Both the position numbers and the translations under genes were made by a program. Below are positions 33,462-42,721 of a stretch of 64,000 nucleotides of DNA, piece by piece. Within the stretch, counting starts at the first letter, position 1, and the number at the start of each line of letters is the position of its first letter. The notes under the pieces are model-generated. The model was given only the letters and a program-made list of their open reading frames with translations. It was not told where the DNA came from and did not search any database. The stretch spans positions 1,024,001-1,088,000 of the forward strand of contig CAVZZO010000001.1 of the NCBI GenBank assembly GCA_963779755.1, read 5' to 3'. This DNA comes from an uncultured Gemmatimonadales bacterium (GTDB taxonomy: Bacteria > Gemmatimonadota > Gemmatimonadetes > Gemmatimonadales > GWC2-71-9).

Positions 33462-33761
33462 CTACAGCCCCAGCCGTTCCGCCGCCTCGCCGGGGGTAAT
33501 GCCTGCGATGATGACGGTCTTTCGCCGTCCGCTCTGGCCACTGGCGATCGTCACGGCCGACCGGCCCACCCGCAGCCGGCCCGCCAGGAAGCGGATCAGC
33601 GCGTCGTTGGCGGCGCCGTCGACCGGCGGGGAGGTGAGGCGAACGCGGAGCCGGCCGTCGTGGAGGCCGGCCAGGGCGCTGCGGGAGGCCCGGGGCTGCA
33701 CCAGCAGGTGCAACCGGACGCCCGTAGCACAGGGTTCCACCGGGGCATGGCCCGGCGTCAC
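33462..33761 (-). CDS. DUF167 / YggU family protein
   Basis: VQPRASR, PPVDGAANDALIRFLA, SGQSGRRK; GTG start overlapping yggT stop inferred. Confidence 0.9.
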   Translation of the reverse strand: MTPGHAPVEPCATGVRLHLLVQPRASRSALAGLHDGRLRVRLTSPPVDGAANDALIRFLAGRLRVGRSAVTIASGQSGRRKTVIIAGITPGEAAERLGL

Positions 33762-34339
33762 GCCCGCAGCAGCTGGAAGAGAAACCACCGGATGATGATC
33801 AGTGCGAACCAGGCGACCAGGGGACTGAAGTCGAGCGGCCCCATGGCGGGCAGCAGGCGCCGGATGGGCACCACCAGCCAGTCGGTGAGCCGGTAGGCCA
33901 GACGCATGCCGCCGCCGAAGCGCGACGAGCCGATCCAGCTGCCGATCACCCGCAGCAGGAGGGCCAGGGCCAGGATCCAGTAGGCCAGGTTGATGGCCAG
34001 CCCCATCCAGGCGCGGGGCCCGCCGTGGGCGAGCGCCCCGGCGTAGAACACGGCATTGATGATCCAGTTGACCACCGCCAGCAGCAGCAGCCCGCCCACC
34101 AGAACGACGCCGGCGAGCCAGAGCGGGGCGTCCTGCGGGTTGCCGCCGAACCGCGCGACCCGTCGCTCGATGGGACGGAGGAGGGGATCGCTGATGGATC
34201 GTACCAGCCTGGGCCAGGGGCCGAACGCCTTCAAGCGGCCGCGGCGCACGGCCCAGTGCGTCGCCACCACCACACAGGCCAGCAGAAAGGCCCCCAGGAC
34301 TACCCAGCGCGTGACCGCGCCAATCCAGTAGACGATCAT
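33758..34339 (-). CDS. yggT: YggT family membrane protein
   Basis: SDPLLRPI, LTDWLVVPIRRLLP, LDFSPLVA. Confidence 0.9.
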   Translation of the reverse strand: MIVYWIGAVTRWVVLGAFLLACVVVATHWAVRRGRLKAFGPWPRLVRSISDPLLRPIERRVARFGGNPQDAPLWLAGVVLVGGLLLLAVVNWIINAVFYAGALAHGGPRAWMGLAINLAYWILALALLLRVIGSWIGSSRFGGGMRLAYRLTDWLVVPIRRLLPAMGPLDFSPLVAWFALIIIRWFLFQLLRA

Positions 34340-34345
34340 GTTCCC

Positions 34346-34786
34346 TCAGCGGGGGACGGTGAAGGTGGTCGTCCCGCCCCCGGCGTATTCGCAGGCGAGC
34401 GTATAACTGCCGCGGACCGTGGCATCCTCCAGAATAACCGGCGTGCCCCGGCAGGAGGCCAGCTGGTGTCCGGTGGTGTCCCGGAAGGCTACCGTCACCT
34501 CCGGGGTGCCATCCCGCGGAGTGAGCGTGCGGGCGGTCGTCGGGGTGAGCTGGTCGAGACCCAGCTCCCGCAACGACCGCGGCGCCTGGCCGCGATGAGA
34601 ACTGCGGTAGCTCATGGCCCGGTCGACGAGATCGTAAATCTCCCGACCCAGGACCTGCGCATCCTGCGCCGCGGTGGCGGGATGCGCCTGCGCGGCGGCG
34701 GGGGCCCGTGCCTCCTCGGCCGGCGGCTTCCGCTGGCAGCCCGCCAGCGGCAGGAGACCGGCGAACAGTATCAGGGATCGCACCAT
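34346..34786 (-). CDS. hypothetical lipoprotein
   Basis: MVRSLILFAGLLPLAGC lipobox. Confidence 0.75.
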   Translation of the reverse strand: MVRSLILFAGLLPLAGCQRKPPAEEARAPAAAQAHPATAAQDAQVLGREIYDLVDRAMSYRSSHRGQAPRSLRELGLDQLTPTTARTLTPRDGTPEVTVAFRDTTGHQLASCRGTPVILEDATVRGSYTLACEYAGGGTTTFTVPR

Positions 34787-34816
34787 CAGTGGCCTGATTT
34801 CCGGAGAAGAATGATT

Positions 34817-34879
34817 CACAGATAACGCAGATGAGACAGATAACACAGATGGCACAGATGACTCAGATTACACGGATGA
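34817..34879. repeat. degenerate 9-mer tandem repeat (consensus CACAGATRA) x7
   Basis: cacagataa cgcagatga gacagataa cacagatgg cacagatga ctcagatta cacggatga. Confidence 0.88.
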
Positions 34880-34974
34880 CACCGATTCCTCCAATCCGGT
34901 CGCTGCCTCCGGCCCTGGGCCCGGCAAGGATGGGCCGGCCCGAGACGGCTGCTGATCTGTGCCGTCGGTGGATA

Positions 34975-35002
34975 CGAGAAAGCCCGGCCATGCGGCCGGG
35001 CT
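34975..35002 (-). terminator. putative intrinsic terminator after GNAT gene
   Basis: AGCCCGGCC-4nt-GGCCGGGCT perfect stem followed by short TTTCTC on minus strand. Confidence 0.5.
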
Positions 35003-35024
35003 CCGGATTGTCTTTCGCCGGGGG

Positions 35025-35471
35025 TCAGGCGGGGACCGGGACCCCGATGCGTTTTTCCATGAGATACCAGGTTCCTCCACCGATGTAGGTCTCGCGGCGG
35101 AGCACCCGCTGCCAGCCGCAGGCGCAGAGCATCGCTTCCGAGCGGAGGTCTTCGGTCCAGAACTCCAGCAGGTGCGCGTCGGCCTCCAGGGCGCTCTGCT
35201 CGAATGCACCGAGCAGGCGGTGGGCGTGGCCCTGGTGGCGCTCTTCCGGGGTAATGGCCAACTCCTGCAGGTGGGCCACGCCGCCCTGCAGGGAGAAGCG
35301 CAGCCCGCCGATCCAGTCGCCGATTTCGTTGGTGAGCACCAGGTAGCGGTCCTCATGATGGACCGTGGAGCCGGTCTCTTCCTCATGCCGGAGCAGGAGC
35401 TCTTCGAACCACTCGGCGAACTCCTCGCCGCGCTCCATTTCTCTGATGGTGACCTCGCCGATATCCGACAT
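35025..35471 (-). CDS. GNAT family N-acetyltransferase
   Basis: LQELAITPEERHQGHAHRLL acetyl-CoA-binding motif A. Confidence 0.85.
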   Translation of the reverse strand: MSDIGEVTIREMERGEEFAEWFEELLLRHEEETGSTVHHEDRYLVLTNEIGDWIGGLRFSLQGGVAHLQELAITPEERHQGHAHRLLGAFEQSALEADAHLLEFWTEDLRSEAMLCACGWQRVLRRETYIGGGTWYLMEKRIGVPVPA

Positions 35472-35514
35472 CGCACTCCATCCAGCGGTGTAGGGGGACT
35501 TGCAGACCGCAGGC

Positions 35515-35531
35515 TGCAACCTTGGTGCCAA
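35515..35531 (-). promoter_or_regulatory. sigma54 (-24/-12) promoter of GNAT gene
   Basis: Minus strand TTGGCACCAAGGTTGCA = GG-N10-GC near-consensus, about 44 nt upstream of ATG. Confidence 0.8.
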
Positions 35532-35854
35532 CCGTCCCCGCCGGGGGTTACTCCATTATTGTAGCAGAAAAGCCGCGACGACTGTGGCTCCGATCACCCT
35601 TGTAAGATGATTCAAGTCAACAGCTTGTATCTTGCGGCCCGGACCGGATTTGGCCCGCCGCCCTGGGCCCGGAAACCCCGGGCGATTGCCCCTCACGGCC
35701 CGGCTTCGGCCCCGGTTGTACCCTGAGAGGACGGTGCGCCGGCCCGGGGATGCACGTTGATATAACGCCGCGGACCGCCGGAAGTTCCGCAAGGCGCACG
35801 TGCGGGTGATTATTTTCCTGTGGCACTCACGCGCTTCGGCGCCTGGAGGACTAC

Positions 35855-36304
35855 ATGCCGACGACATCAACCGCTCACCGCTCCGCCACCATCCGTTGCC
35901 CCTTTTGCAGCACGCTCAACCGGGTTGATCTGACACGGCTGGGGCAGGGGCCCAAGTGTTCGGAGTGCGGCAAGCCGCTGCGGCTTGACCGGCCGGTAAA
36001 GGCAACCGACGCCGATTTCCAGCAGACCATTGCGAATACCAGCGTGCCGGTGGTGGTGGACTTCTACGCCGACTGGTGCGGTCCCTGCAAGATGATGGCG
36101 CCGGTGCTGGATGATTTCGCGCACCAGCACGCCGGGCAGGTGCTGGTGCTCAAACTCGATACCGACGCCAATCCCGCCACCGCCCAGCGGTTCGGCATCC
36201 GGGGCATTCCGACGCTGATCGCGTTCCGGCAGGGCCAGGAGGCGGCGCGCCGGGTGGGGCTGGTGCAGCGGCCGGAGCTGGACGCGCTGGTGGCCGGCAC
36301 CTAG
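35855..36304 (+). CDS. trxC: thioredoxin 2 with N-terminal Zn finger
   Basis: CPFC..NR..CSEC then DFYADWCGPC, GIPTL; GGAGG RBS. Confidence 0.95.
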   Translation: MPTTSTAHRSATIRCPFCSTLNRVDLTRLGQGPKCSECGKPLRLDRPVKATDADFQQTIANTSVPVVVDFYADWCGPCKMMAPVLDDFAHQHAGQVLVLKLDTDANPATAQRFGIRGIPTLIAFRQGQEAARRVGLVQRPELDALVAGT

Positions 36305-37668
36305 CGCAGACCCACGGCGATGGCCGTCAGGAGCAGGGCGACCGCGAAGAGGCCCAGCGCCAGCAGCATGGGCACCACGAAACGGAGCCAGCGTCCGAAG
36401 CCCACGCCCGCGGCGGCGAGGATGGCCATGAGCGCTCCGTTGGTGGGGGTAATCAACTCGCAGAAGCCGGCGCCCAGCTGGTAGGCCAGCACGGTCACCT
36501 GGCGGGTGAGCCCCAGCAGGTCCGACAGCGGCACCAGGATCGGCATGGTCAGTACCGCCTCGCCGCTGACGCTGGGCACGGGCACGTGGAGAAGGGCCTC
36601 GACGGCCATGATGCCCAGGGCCGACAGCTGCCGGGGCAGTGAGGCAATGGGGGCGAACATGCCCTGGACGATCGTGTCGATGATGCGGCCGTCCTGCAGT
36701 ACCACCGAGATGGTCCGGGCGAAGCCGATGAGCAGGGCCGCGTAGGCCATGGACCGGAACCCCGCGACGAAGGCATCCGCCGTTCCGCCTGCCCCGAGGC
36801 CGCCGAGCAGCCCCGCGACCACGCCCATCACGAAGAACAGGGCCGACATCTGGTCGAAGTCCCAGCCCAGTCCCAGGATCCCGTAGACGAATACCACGAA
36901 GGTGAGCAGGACCAGGAGCAGCACCGCCAGGCGCCGTCCGCCGCCGGTCGCGGCCGCTTCGGCCGGCGGGGCTTCGGCCGCGACCCGGTGGCGCCGGGCG
37001 TAGCGCATGGTGCCCCAGATCCAGATGCCCAGCCCGATGGCCAGGGCTGCCAGCCGGAACCCGGCGCCGGAGCCCAGGGGCAGCTGCGCCAGCTTCTGGG
37101 CGATCTGTACCTGGAAGGGATTGACCGGGCTCAGCGCGGCGCCCACCGCGGCCGCGCCGAGGCTCACGGCCACGGCGGTCAGCTCGTCAAAGCCCAGCCG
37201 GCGGGTGAGCAGCAGCAGCACCGGCACGAAGGCGATGATCTCCTCCTGCATGTTCTCCAGCGCGCCCGCCGCCGCGAAGGCGATGCAGGTAACGGGAATG
37301 ACCAGGATCTCGCTGTGCTGCAGCGCGCGCGCCAGCGCGTGCACGCCCTCGTTCAGGGCGCCGGTCCGCTCCACCACGGTAAATGCGCCGCCGATCAGGA
37401 AGACGAGGAAGATCACGCTGGCGGCGTCGGCCATGCCGCGGGGGATGGCCACCATGGCCGCGAAGGGACCAACCGGCGCCGGCTCCACATGGTGATAGGT
37501 GCCGGCGACGACCACCTCCCGGCCAGTGGCCGGGTCCTCCCGCCGCTGGTACTGCCCGGCCGGGAGGATGTAGCTCAGCGCGGCCGCCAGGATGATGCAG
37601 GCGGTGAGGAGGACAAGGGGATGGGGAAAGCGGAGCCGGCCGGCGCCGGCGCTCACCGGGTCCGGCAC
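36301..37668 (-). CDS. YfcC family (C4-dicarboxylate anaerobic carrier-like) transporter
   Basis: FPHPLVLL, PAGQY, NPFQVQIAQ, VPSVSGEAVLTMPIL, ITPTNG. Confidence 0.9.
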   Translation of the reverse strand: MPDPVSAGAGRLRFPHPLVLLTACIILAAALSYILPAGQYQRREDPATGREVVVAGTYHHVEPAPVGPFAAMVAIPRGMADAASVIFLVFLIGGAFTVVERTGALNEGVHALARALQHSEILVIPVTCIAFAAAGALENMQEEIIAFVPVLLLLTRRLGFDELTAVAVSLGAAAVGAALSPVNPFQVQIAQKLAQLPLGSGAGFRLAALAIGLGIWIWGTMRYARRHRVAAEAPPAEAAATGGGRRLAVLLLVLLTFVVFVYGILGLGWDFDQMSALFFVMGVVAGLLGGLGAGGTADAFVAGFRSMAYAALLIGFARTISVVLQDGRIIDTIVQGMFAPIASLPRQLSALGIMAVEALLHVPVPSVSGEAVLTMPILVPLSDLLGLTRQVTVLAYQLGAGFCELITPTNGALMAILAAAGVGFGRWLRFVVPMLLALGLFAVALLLTAIAVGLR

Positions 37669-37922
37669 TGCCGGGTGGCAGGGGGCTTGTTGCCGCAGGC
37701 GATGGTCTCGTTCATGCCGGTGGCCAGCACGCCGCAGGCGGTGCGCTGGGCCGACTGCGCCGCTTCCTCCTCGTTCTCATGCGAGGCAGTGGCGCAGTTG
37801 CGCTGGCCGTTGAATTCGACGCAGACCTCGCAGGTCGCCTTCTGGGCGGAGAGGGTGTTATAGAGCAACAGCCCCGCGAAGGCGACCACCGCGATGATGG
37901 TCAGAATGGTGGATTTGCGCAT
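37653..37922 (-). CDS. small exported six-cysteine hypothetical protein (89 aa)
   Basis: N-terminal TM/signal; CEVC...C...C...C...C. Confidence 0.8.
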   Translation of the reverse strand: MRKSTILTIIAVVAFAGLLLYNTLSAQKATCEVCVEFNGQRNCATASHENEEEAAQSAQRTACGVLATGMNETIACGNKPPATRQCRTR

Positions 37923-37929
37923 GGGATTC

Positions 37930-38655
37930 CTAGCCGCGGGCGAACGACAGCAGGGCGGGCAGGGAGCCCAGAATGAACATGATGGCGCCTACCCCGGCGG
38001 CCTGGCCGGTGGAAATCCTGCCCTTGATCCGGATTCCCAGCGCCAGCAGAACCGTGGACCAGATGATGAAAAGGTCGACCCGTCCCAGCAGCGCCAGCAC
38101 GCCGGCACTGGTATGTGTCGGGTCGGCAAAGCGGGCGAGGCTCAGGCTGACATCGGCCACGCCGTGAATCTTCTCCGGCGGCAGCAGGGCGGCCAGCACC
38201 GCCATGACGATCCACTGCACCAGGCGCGGATAGTAGGAGAACACGGCGACCATGACGGCGCCCCCCAGCATGGCGGTGGATGAGAACAGCTTGCCCACCA
38301 CCCAGAGCACCACGCCCACCACCAGCGGGAGGATCAGCGTACTCAAGATGATGCCGATGCCGGCGAACTTGCGGCTGATTTCCATCCCCCGCTGCACCTG
38401 TTCCTGGGTGAGCTGCGGGTTCTTGGCCAGCGCGGCCTGCACCTGACGCGAGGTCTCCGCGTCGAACACCGGCGTCATCAGGCCGCGGGTCGCGAAATAC
38501 AGCACGGCGGTCAGCACCACCAGCACCAGCAGCGGCAGGACGATGTTGCTGCCGTCCCGCCGCTCGAACACCTTTCCCGGAGCGTAGAAGATCTCGAAAA
38601 TGTCTTCCCAGAAGGCGGCCTTGGGTTCCTGCGGAGGAGCAGCCGTGGCAGTCAT
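37930..38655 (-). CDS. Yip1 family membrane protein
   Basis: IFYAPGKVF, multi-TM, DLFIIW. Confidence 0.85.
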   Translation of the reverse strand: MTATAAPPQEPKAAFWEDIFEIFYAPGKVFERRDGSNIVLPLLVLVVLTAVLYFATRGLMTPVFDAETSRQVQAALAKNPQLTQEQVQRGMEISRKFAGIGIILSTLILPLVVGVVLWVVGKLFSSTAMLGGAVMVAVFSYYPRLVQWIVMAVLAALLPPEKIHGVADVSLSLARFADPTHTSAGVLALLGRVDLFIIWSTVLLALGIRIKGRISTGQAAGVGAIMFILGSLPALLSFARG

Positions 38656-38668
38656 GGGATGGCTCCGG

Positions 38669-38995
38669 TCAGCGGGGAACGGTGATGGTGCTGGTGATCC
38701 ACTTCAGGTAGTCGGCGCTGCCCGCCTCGAGCGGCAGCGCGATGATTTCGGGAACCTCATAGGGATGCAGCGCGCGAATACGACGCTCCAGCGCCGGCCA
38801 GGCCTCGGCGGTCGTCTTGCAGTGACAATACCACTCCTCGGCCGTCTCCACCTTGCCCTGCCAGCGATAGGTGCTCGCGACCGGGCCCGCCACCTGGGCG
38901 CAGGCCGCCAGCCGCTCTTCCACCAGCCGGGCCGCGAGCTGCTCCGCCTCCTGCCGCGAACCCAGGGCGGTGGTTACCTGGAGATAGGGCTGCAC
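38669..38995 (-). CDS. cutA: divalent-cation tolerance protein CutA
   Basis: LVEERLAACAQ, STYRWQG, KTT, HPYEVPEII, YLKW; GTG start inferred. Confidence 0.93.
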   Translation of the reverse strand: MQPYLQVTTALGSRQEAEQLAARLVEERLAACAQVAGPVASTYRWQGKVETAEEWYCHCKTTAEAWPALERRIRALHPYEVPEIIALPLEAGSADYLKWITSTITVPR

Positions 38996-39009
38996 CGGCC
39001 GGCGAGAGG

Positions 39010-39375
39010 TTACTGGGCCGGGATCTTGGTGTCGTCGCCCCGCTTGCCGTCGGCGATGGGGTCGATGGCGGTCCGCCACCCATCCTTGAACTCCACCGTG
39101 AGCCGGTGCGCCTGGGTATCGGCCTCGATGCTCACGATGTCCGGGAACTTGCGGGCATAGGCCAGGGCGACGCGCGCCTGCGACCCCGAGCCCGAGTTGT
39201 AGGGCCGCGCATATTCCCGCCCGATGGCGACGACGATAGCCTGATCCCGCCCGTAGGAGGCGAACTTGTCGGCGTCGATCAGGCCCTTCTGGCTGGAGAC
39301 GTGGTCGTAGTAATCGTACGACCGGCAGCCAGTGGCCAGAAGGCCGGCGGCGAGCAGGAGGGCAAGGCGCTTCAT
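39010..39375 (-). CDS. hypothetical lipoprotein
   Basis: MKRLALLLAAGLLATGC lipobox. Confidence 0.8.
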   Translation of the reverse strand: MKRLALLLAAGLLATGCRSYDYYDHVSSQKGLIDADKFASYGRDQAIVVAIGREYARPYNSGSGSQARVALAYARKFPDIVSIEADTQAHRLTVEFKDGWRTAIDPIADGKRGDDTKIPAQ

Positions 39376-39523
39376 CGGGTATCCCGGGTAAGAGTGACCG
39401 GCTCAAAAGTCATTCCGGGGGCGCTGGATGTAAAGTCCCGGGACCGATATCCTCCATGGCCGGCGGGCCTCCGCCCCTCGTTCGGTTGCCTGCATTCTCT
39501 TCTCGGCAGGAGTCCGGGAGCCC

Positions 39524-40459
39524 ATGACATCCACGCGCGCTCTTTTCGTCTCCCTCCTGGCCCTGCTGCTGCCGGCCGCCGCCCATGCCCAGGATTCGTT
39601 GTCGGGCTCCCTGGTGGTGTTCAACGCCGGGTCGCTGGCGCGGCCGTTCCACGCGCTGCTCGCCGCCTTCGCCGCCGATCATCCCGGGGTGCGGCCCGCG
39701 CAGGAAAACTCCGGCAGCCTGGAGGCGGCCCGGAAGCTCACCGACCTGGGCAAGATCCCCGACGTGCTGGGCGTGGCGGATTACCACATCCTCCCGTCCC
39801 TCATCGTTCCCAGGTTCGCGCCGTGGTACCTGCTCTTCGCCCGGAACCGGATGGTCATCATCTACTCCGGCCAGTCCATCGGGGCCCGGGAGATCAACGG
39901 GCAGAACTGGTGGCGGGTGGTGCAGCGGCCCGGGGTGCGGGCCGGGCGCTCCGAGCCCGCGCTGGACCCCAACGGATATCGCACCCTGATGGTTTTTCAG
40001 CTGGCGGAGCGGTATTACCGCCGGCCGGGGCTGGAAGCCAGGCTGCTCCGGGCCTTTCCGAAGACCTACATGCGGCCCAAGGAGGCCGATCTGACGGCGC
40101 TGGTGCAGGCGGGGGAGCTGGACTACGCCTTTTCCTATGTATCGATTGCCCGCGCGAGCGGGCTGAGATACGTGACGCTGCCCGACTCGATCGACCTGGG
40201 CGACCCCAGCCTGGCCCGGTGGTACAGCGAGGCCGCGGTGCGCCTGCCCGGGGCCACCCGAAAGGACACCGTCACCTTCCGTGGCGAACCGATCGTCTAT
40301 GGACTCACCATCCCGGCCGATGCCCCCCATCCGGCGCTGGCCCGGGCCTTCGTCCGATTCGCGCTCTCCAGGCGGGGAGAGGAGCTGATGCGCGAGGCGG
40401 GGCTGGAGGTGCTCGAATCCCCCGTTATCAGGGGCAGGGAAGCGCCCAACCTGAAATAG
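39524..40459 (+). CDS. wtpA: tungstate/molybdate-binding periplasmic protein, WtpA-like
   Basis: FNAGSL, GSLEAARK, FARNRMV, DPNGYR, RPKE, GEPIVYGLTI; AHA-Q signal peptide. Confidence 0.85.
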   Translation: MTSTRALFVSLLALLLPAAAHAQDSLSGSLVVFNAGSLARPFHALLAAFAADHPGVRPAQENSGSLEAARKLTDLGKIPDVLGVADYHILPSLIVPRFAPWYLLFARNRMVIIYSGQSIGAREINGQNWWRVVQRPGVRAGRSEPALDPNGYRTLMVFQLAERYYRRPGLEARLLRAFPKTYMRPKEADLTALVQAGELDYAFSYVSIARASGLRYVTLPDSIDLGDPSLARWYSEAAVRLPGATRKDTVTFRGEPIVYGLTIPADAPHPALARAFVRFALSRRGEELMREAGLEVLESPVIRGREAPNLK

Positions 40460-40462
40460 GTT

Positions 40463-40537
40463 GTCCCTTGTCCCCTGTCCCTTCTCCCTCTAACCTCCCC
40501 CCGTTCCTCATTCCTGACCCCTGTTCCCGGTTTCTGA
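40463..40537. repeat. degenerate pyrimidine-rich 7-mer repeats (GTCCCYT / TTCCTG-like)
   Basis: gtccctt gtcccct gtccctt ... gttcctc attcctg acccctg ttcccgg. Confidence 0.7.
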
Positions 40538-40538
40538 C

Positions 40539-42167
40539 ATGAGTGCCATTCTCTCGATCCCCACCCCCCGCAACGAGCCGGTCCTCAGCTACGCGCCCGG
40601 CACTCCGGCCCGCGCCGAGCTGAAGGACGTGCTGAAGCGGATGGGCGGGGAGATTCCCGAGATTCCCTGTGTCGTCGGCGGCAAGGAGGTCCGCACCGGC
40701 AAGTTGGCGGACGTGGTGGCGCCGCACGATCATCGCCACGTGGTCGCCCGGGTGCACCAGGCCGATGCCGCGACCATCCAGCAGGCGGTGGCGGCCGCCC
40801 GCGAGGCCCAGCGGGAATGGGCCGCCTGGAGCTATCAGGACCGGCTGGCGGTCTTTCTCCGCGCGGCAGACCTGCTGGCCGGCCCCTGGCGGCAGGAAGT
40901 GAACGCCGCCACCATGCTGGGCCAGAGCAAGACGCCCCACCAGGCAGAAATCGACAGCGCCTGCGAACTGATCGACTTTCTGCGTTTCAATCCCTGGTAC
41001 GCCGAACGGATCTACCGGGAGCAGCCGGAGTCGCCCGCCGGCGTCTGGAACCGGATGGACCACCGGCCGCTCGAAGGGTTCGTCTACGCCATCACGCCCT
41101 TCAATTTCACGTCCATCGGCGGCAACCTGCCCACCGCGCCCGCCATGCTGGGCAACGCGGTGCTCTGGAAGCCGGCGGGTACCGCGGTCTACAGCAACTG
41201 GCTGTTCTTCCGGGTCCTGGAGGAGGCGGGCCTGCCGCCCGGTGTGATCAACTTCGTGCCCGGCCCGAGCGGCATGGTGACCGACCTGCTCCTGGCCGAC
41301 CGGCACCTGGCCGGTATCCACTTCACCGGGTCGACCGAGGTCTTTCAGCTGCTGTGGCGGAAGGTCGCCGAGCACCTGGAGGGCTACGCCGGCTATCCCC
41401 GCGTGGTGGGCGAGACCGGCGGGAAGGATTTCATCGTCGCCCATCCCAGCGCCGACCCGGCAGCCCTGGCGGTCGGGATGGTGCGCGGCGCGTTCGAGTA
41501 CCAGGGACAGAAGTGCAGCGCCGCCTCCCGCGCCTACGTGCCGCAGTCGCTCTGGCCCGAGGTGCGGGAGCGGGTCCTGGCCATGATGCAGGAAATCCGC
41601 ATGGGAGACGTCACCGACTTCCGCACCTTCATGGGGGCGGTGATCGACGCCCGGGCCTTCCAGCGGCTCAAGGGGTATCTGGACGAAGCCGCCGGGGCGA
41701 AGGGCGTCAGCGTTCTCGCCGGCGGAAAGTGCGACGACCGCACCGGCTGGTTCGTCGAGCCGACCCTGCTCCAGGTGGAAGACCCGCGCTACCGCACCAT
41801 GTGCGAGGAGCTGTTCGGGCCGGTGCTGACCCTGCACGTCTACCCGGACGCCCGCTGGTCCGAGACGCTCGATCTGGTCGACAGCACCAGCCCCTACGCG
41901 CTCACCGGCGCCGTCTTCGCGCGCGACCGGCGGGCCGTGGTGGAAGCGGAAGCCCGGTTGCGGAACGCGGCGGGCAACTTCTACATCAACGATAAGCCGA
42001 CCGGCGCGGTGGTGGGCCAGCAGCCGTTTGGCGGCGCCCGCGCCAGCGGCACCAACGATAAGGCGGGCTCCATGCTGAACCTGATCCGCTGGATCAGCCC
42101 CCGGTCGATCAAGGAAACTTTCGTGCCGCCGGCGGAGTGGACGTATCCGTATATGGGTGAGAAGTGA
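40539..42167 (+). CDS. pruA: L-glutamate gamma-semialdehyde (P5C) dehydrogenase
   Basis: NEPVLSYAPG, QAEIDSACE, PFNF, FTGST, GETGGK, YQGQKCSA, EELFGP, QQPFGGARASGTNDKAG. Confidence 0.96.
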   Translation: MSAILSIPTPRNEPVLSYAPGTPARAELKDVLKRMGGEIPEIPCVVGGKEVRTGKLADVVAPHDHRHVVARVHQADAATIQQAVAAAREAQREWAAWSYQDRLAVFLRAADLLAGPWRQEVNAATMLGQSKTPHQAEIDSACELIDFLRFNPWYAERIYREQPESPAGVWNRMDHRPLEGFVYAITPFNFTSIGGNLPTAPAMLGNAVLWKPAGTAVYSNWLFFRVLEEAGLPPGVINFVPGPSGMVTDLLLADRHLAGIHFTGSTEVFQLLWRKVAEHLEGYAGYPRVVGETGGKDFIVAHPSADPAALAVGMVRGAFEYQGQKCSAASRAYVPQSLWPEVRERVLAMMQEIRMGDVTDFRTFMGAVIDARAFQRLKGYLDEAAGAKGVSVLAGGKCDDRTGWFVEPTLLQVEDPRYRTMCEELFGPVLTLHVYPDARWSETLDLVDSTSPYALTGAVFARDRRAVVEAEARLRNAAGNFYINDKPTGAVVGQQPFGGARASGTNDKAGSMLNLIRWISPRSIKETFVPPAEWTYPYMGEK

Positions 42168-42293
42168 GCGTGAGGCGTAAAACGTGAGACGTAAGGCGTG
42201 AGGGGTGAGGCGTAAGACGTGAGGTGTGAGGCGTGAGGGGTGAGGGGTAAGGTGTAAGACGCGAGGCGTAAGACGTGAGGCGTGAGGAGTGAG
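42168..42293. repeat. degenerate 7-mer tandem repeat (consensus RNGTRAG) x18
   Basis: gcgtgag gcgtaaa acgtgag acgtaag ... gagtgag in unbroken 7-nt register after the pruA stop. Confidence 0.93.
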
Positions 42294-42346
42294 ATGTCAG
42301 CCGGCGTGACCGCGTAGCTCGCACGTCTTCGGCAACGGTACCGGGT

Positions 42347-42721
42347 ATGTCTACCATTCTCGTCCCCCCTCCCAAGCCGCCGCGCTTCGAGCCGCCCTAC
42401 AGTCCCTGGCGGGGGGCGGTGCGAGCACTCGGCGTTACCGGCTTCCTGTTGTTTCTGGTTCTGGGGGCCATGGTGATGACCGAGAACAAGGTCCCGTGGC
42501 CGATTACCGTTTTCGAGCTGGTGGGGGCGGGCTTTCTGGCCCTGCTGCTGGCCTGGCGCCTGGAGTTGCTCGGCGGCCTCCTGCTCACCGGCAGTATGGT
42601 CCTCGCCATCATCTGGTTGCCCCCCAGTCTCGACACATGGCGGCCCTGGTTTCTGGCGCTCGAGGTCTTCCTCGGGCTGGTCGGCGTCCTGCTCGTCCTG
42701 CTTCCCCGGAGCCACTCCTGA
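42347..42721 (+). CDS. hypothetical membrane protein (about 4 TM)
   Basis: Hydrophobic segments, LAWRLELLGG. Confidence 0.75.
   Translation: MSTILVPPPKPPRFEPPYSPWRGAVRALGVTGFLLFLVLGAMVMTENKVPWPITVFELVGAGFLALLLAWRLELLGGLLLTGSMVLAIIWLPPSLDTWRPWFLALEVFLGLVGVLLVLLPRSHS

Noticed and set aside
39376..39523. Moco/Wco riboswitch or ModE box upstream of wtpA
   Set aside because: No matching motif visible
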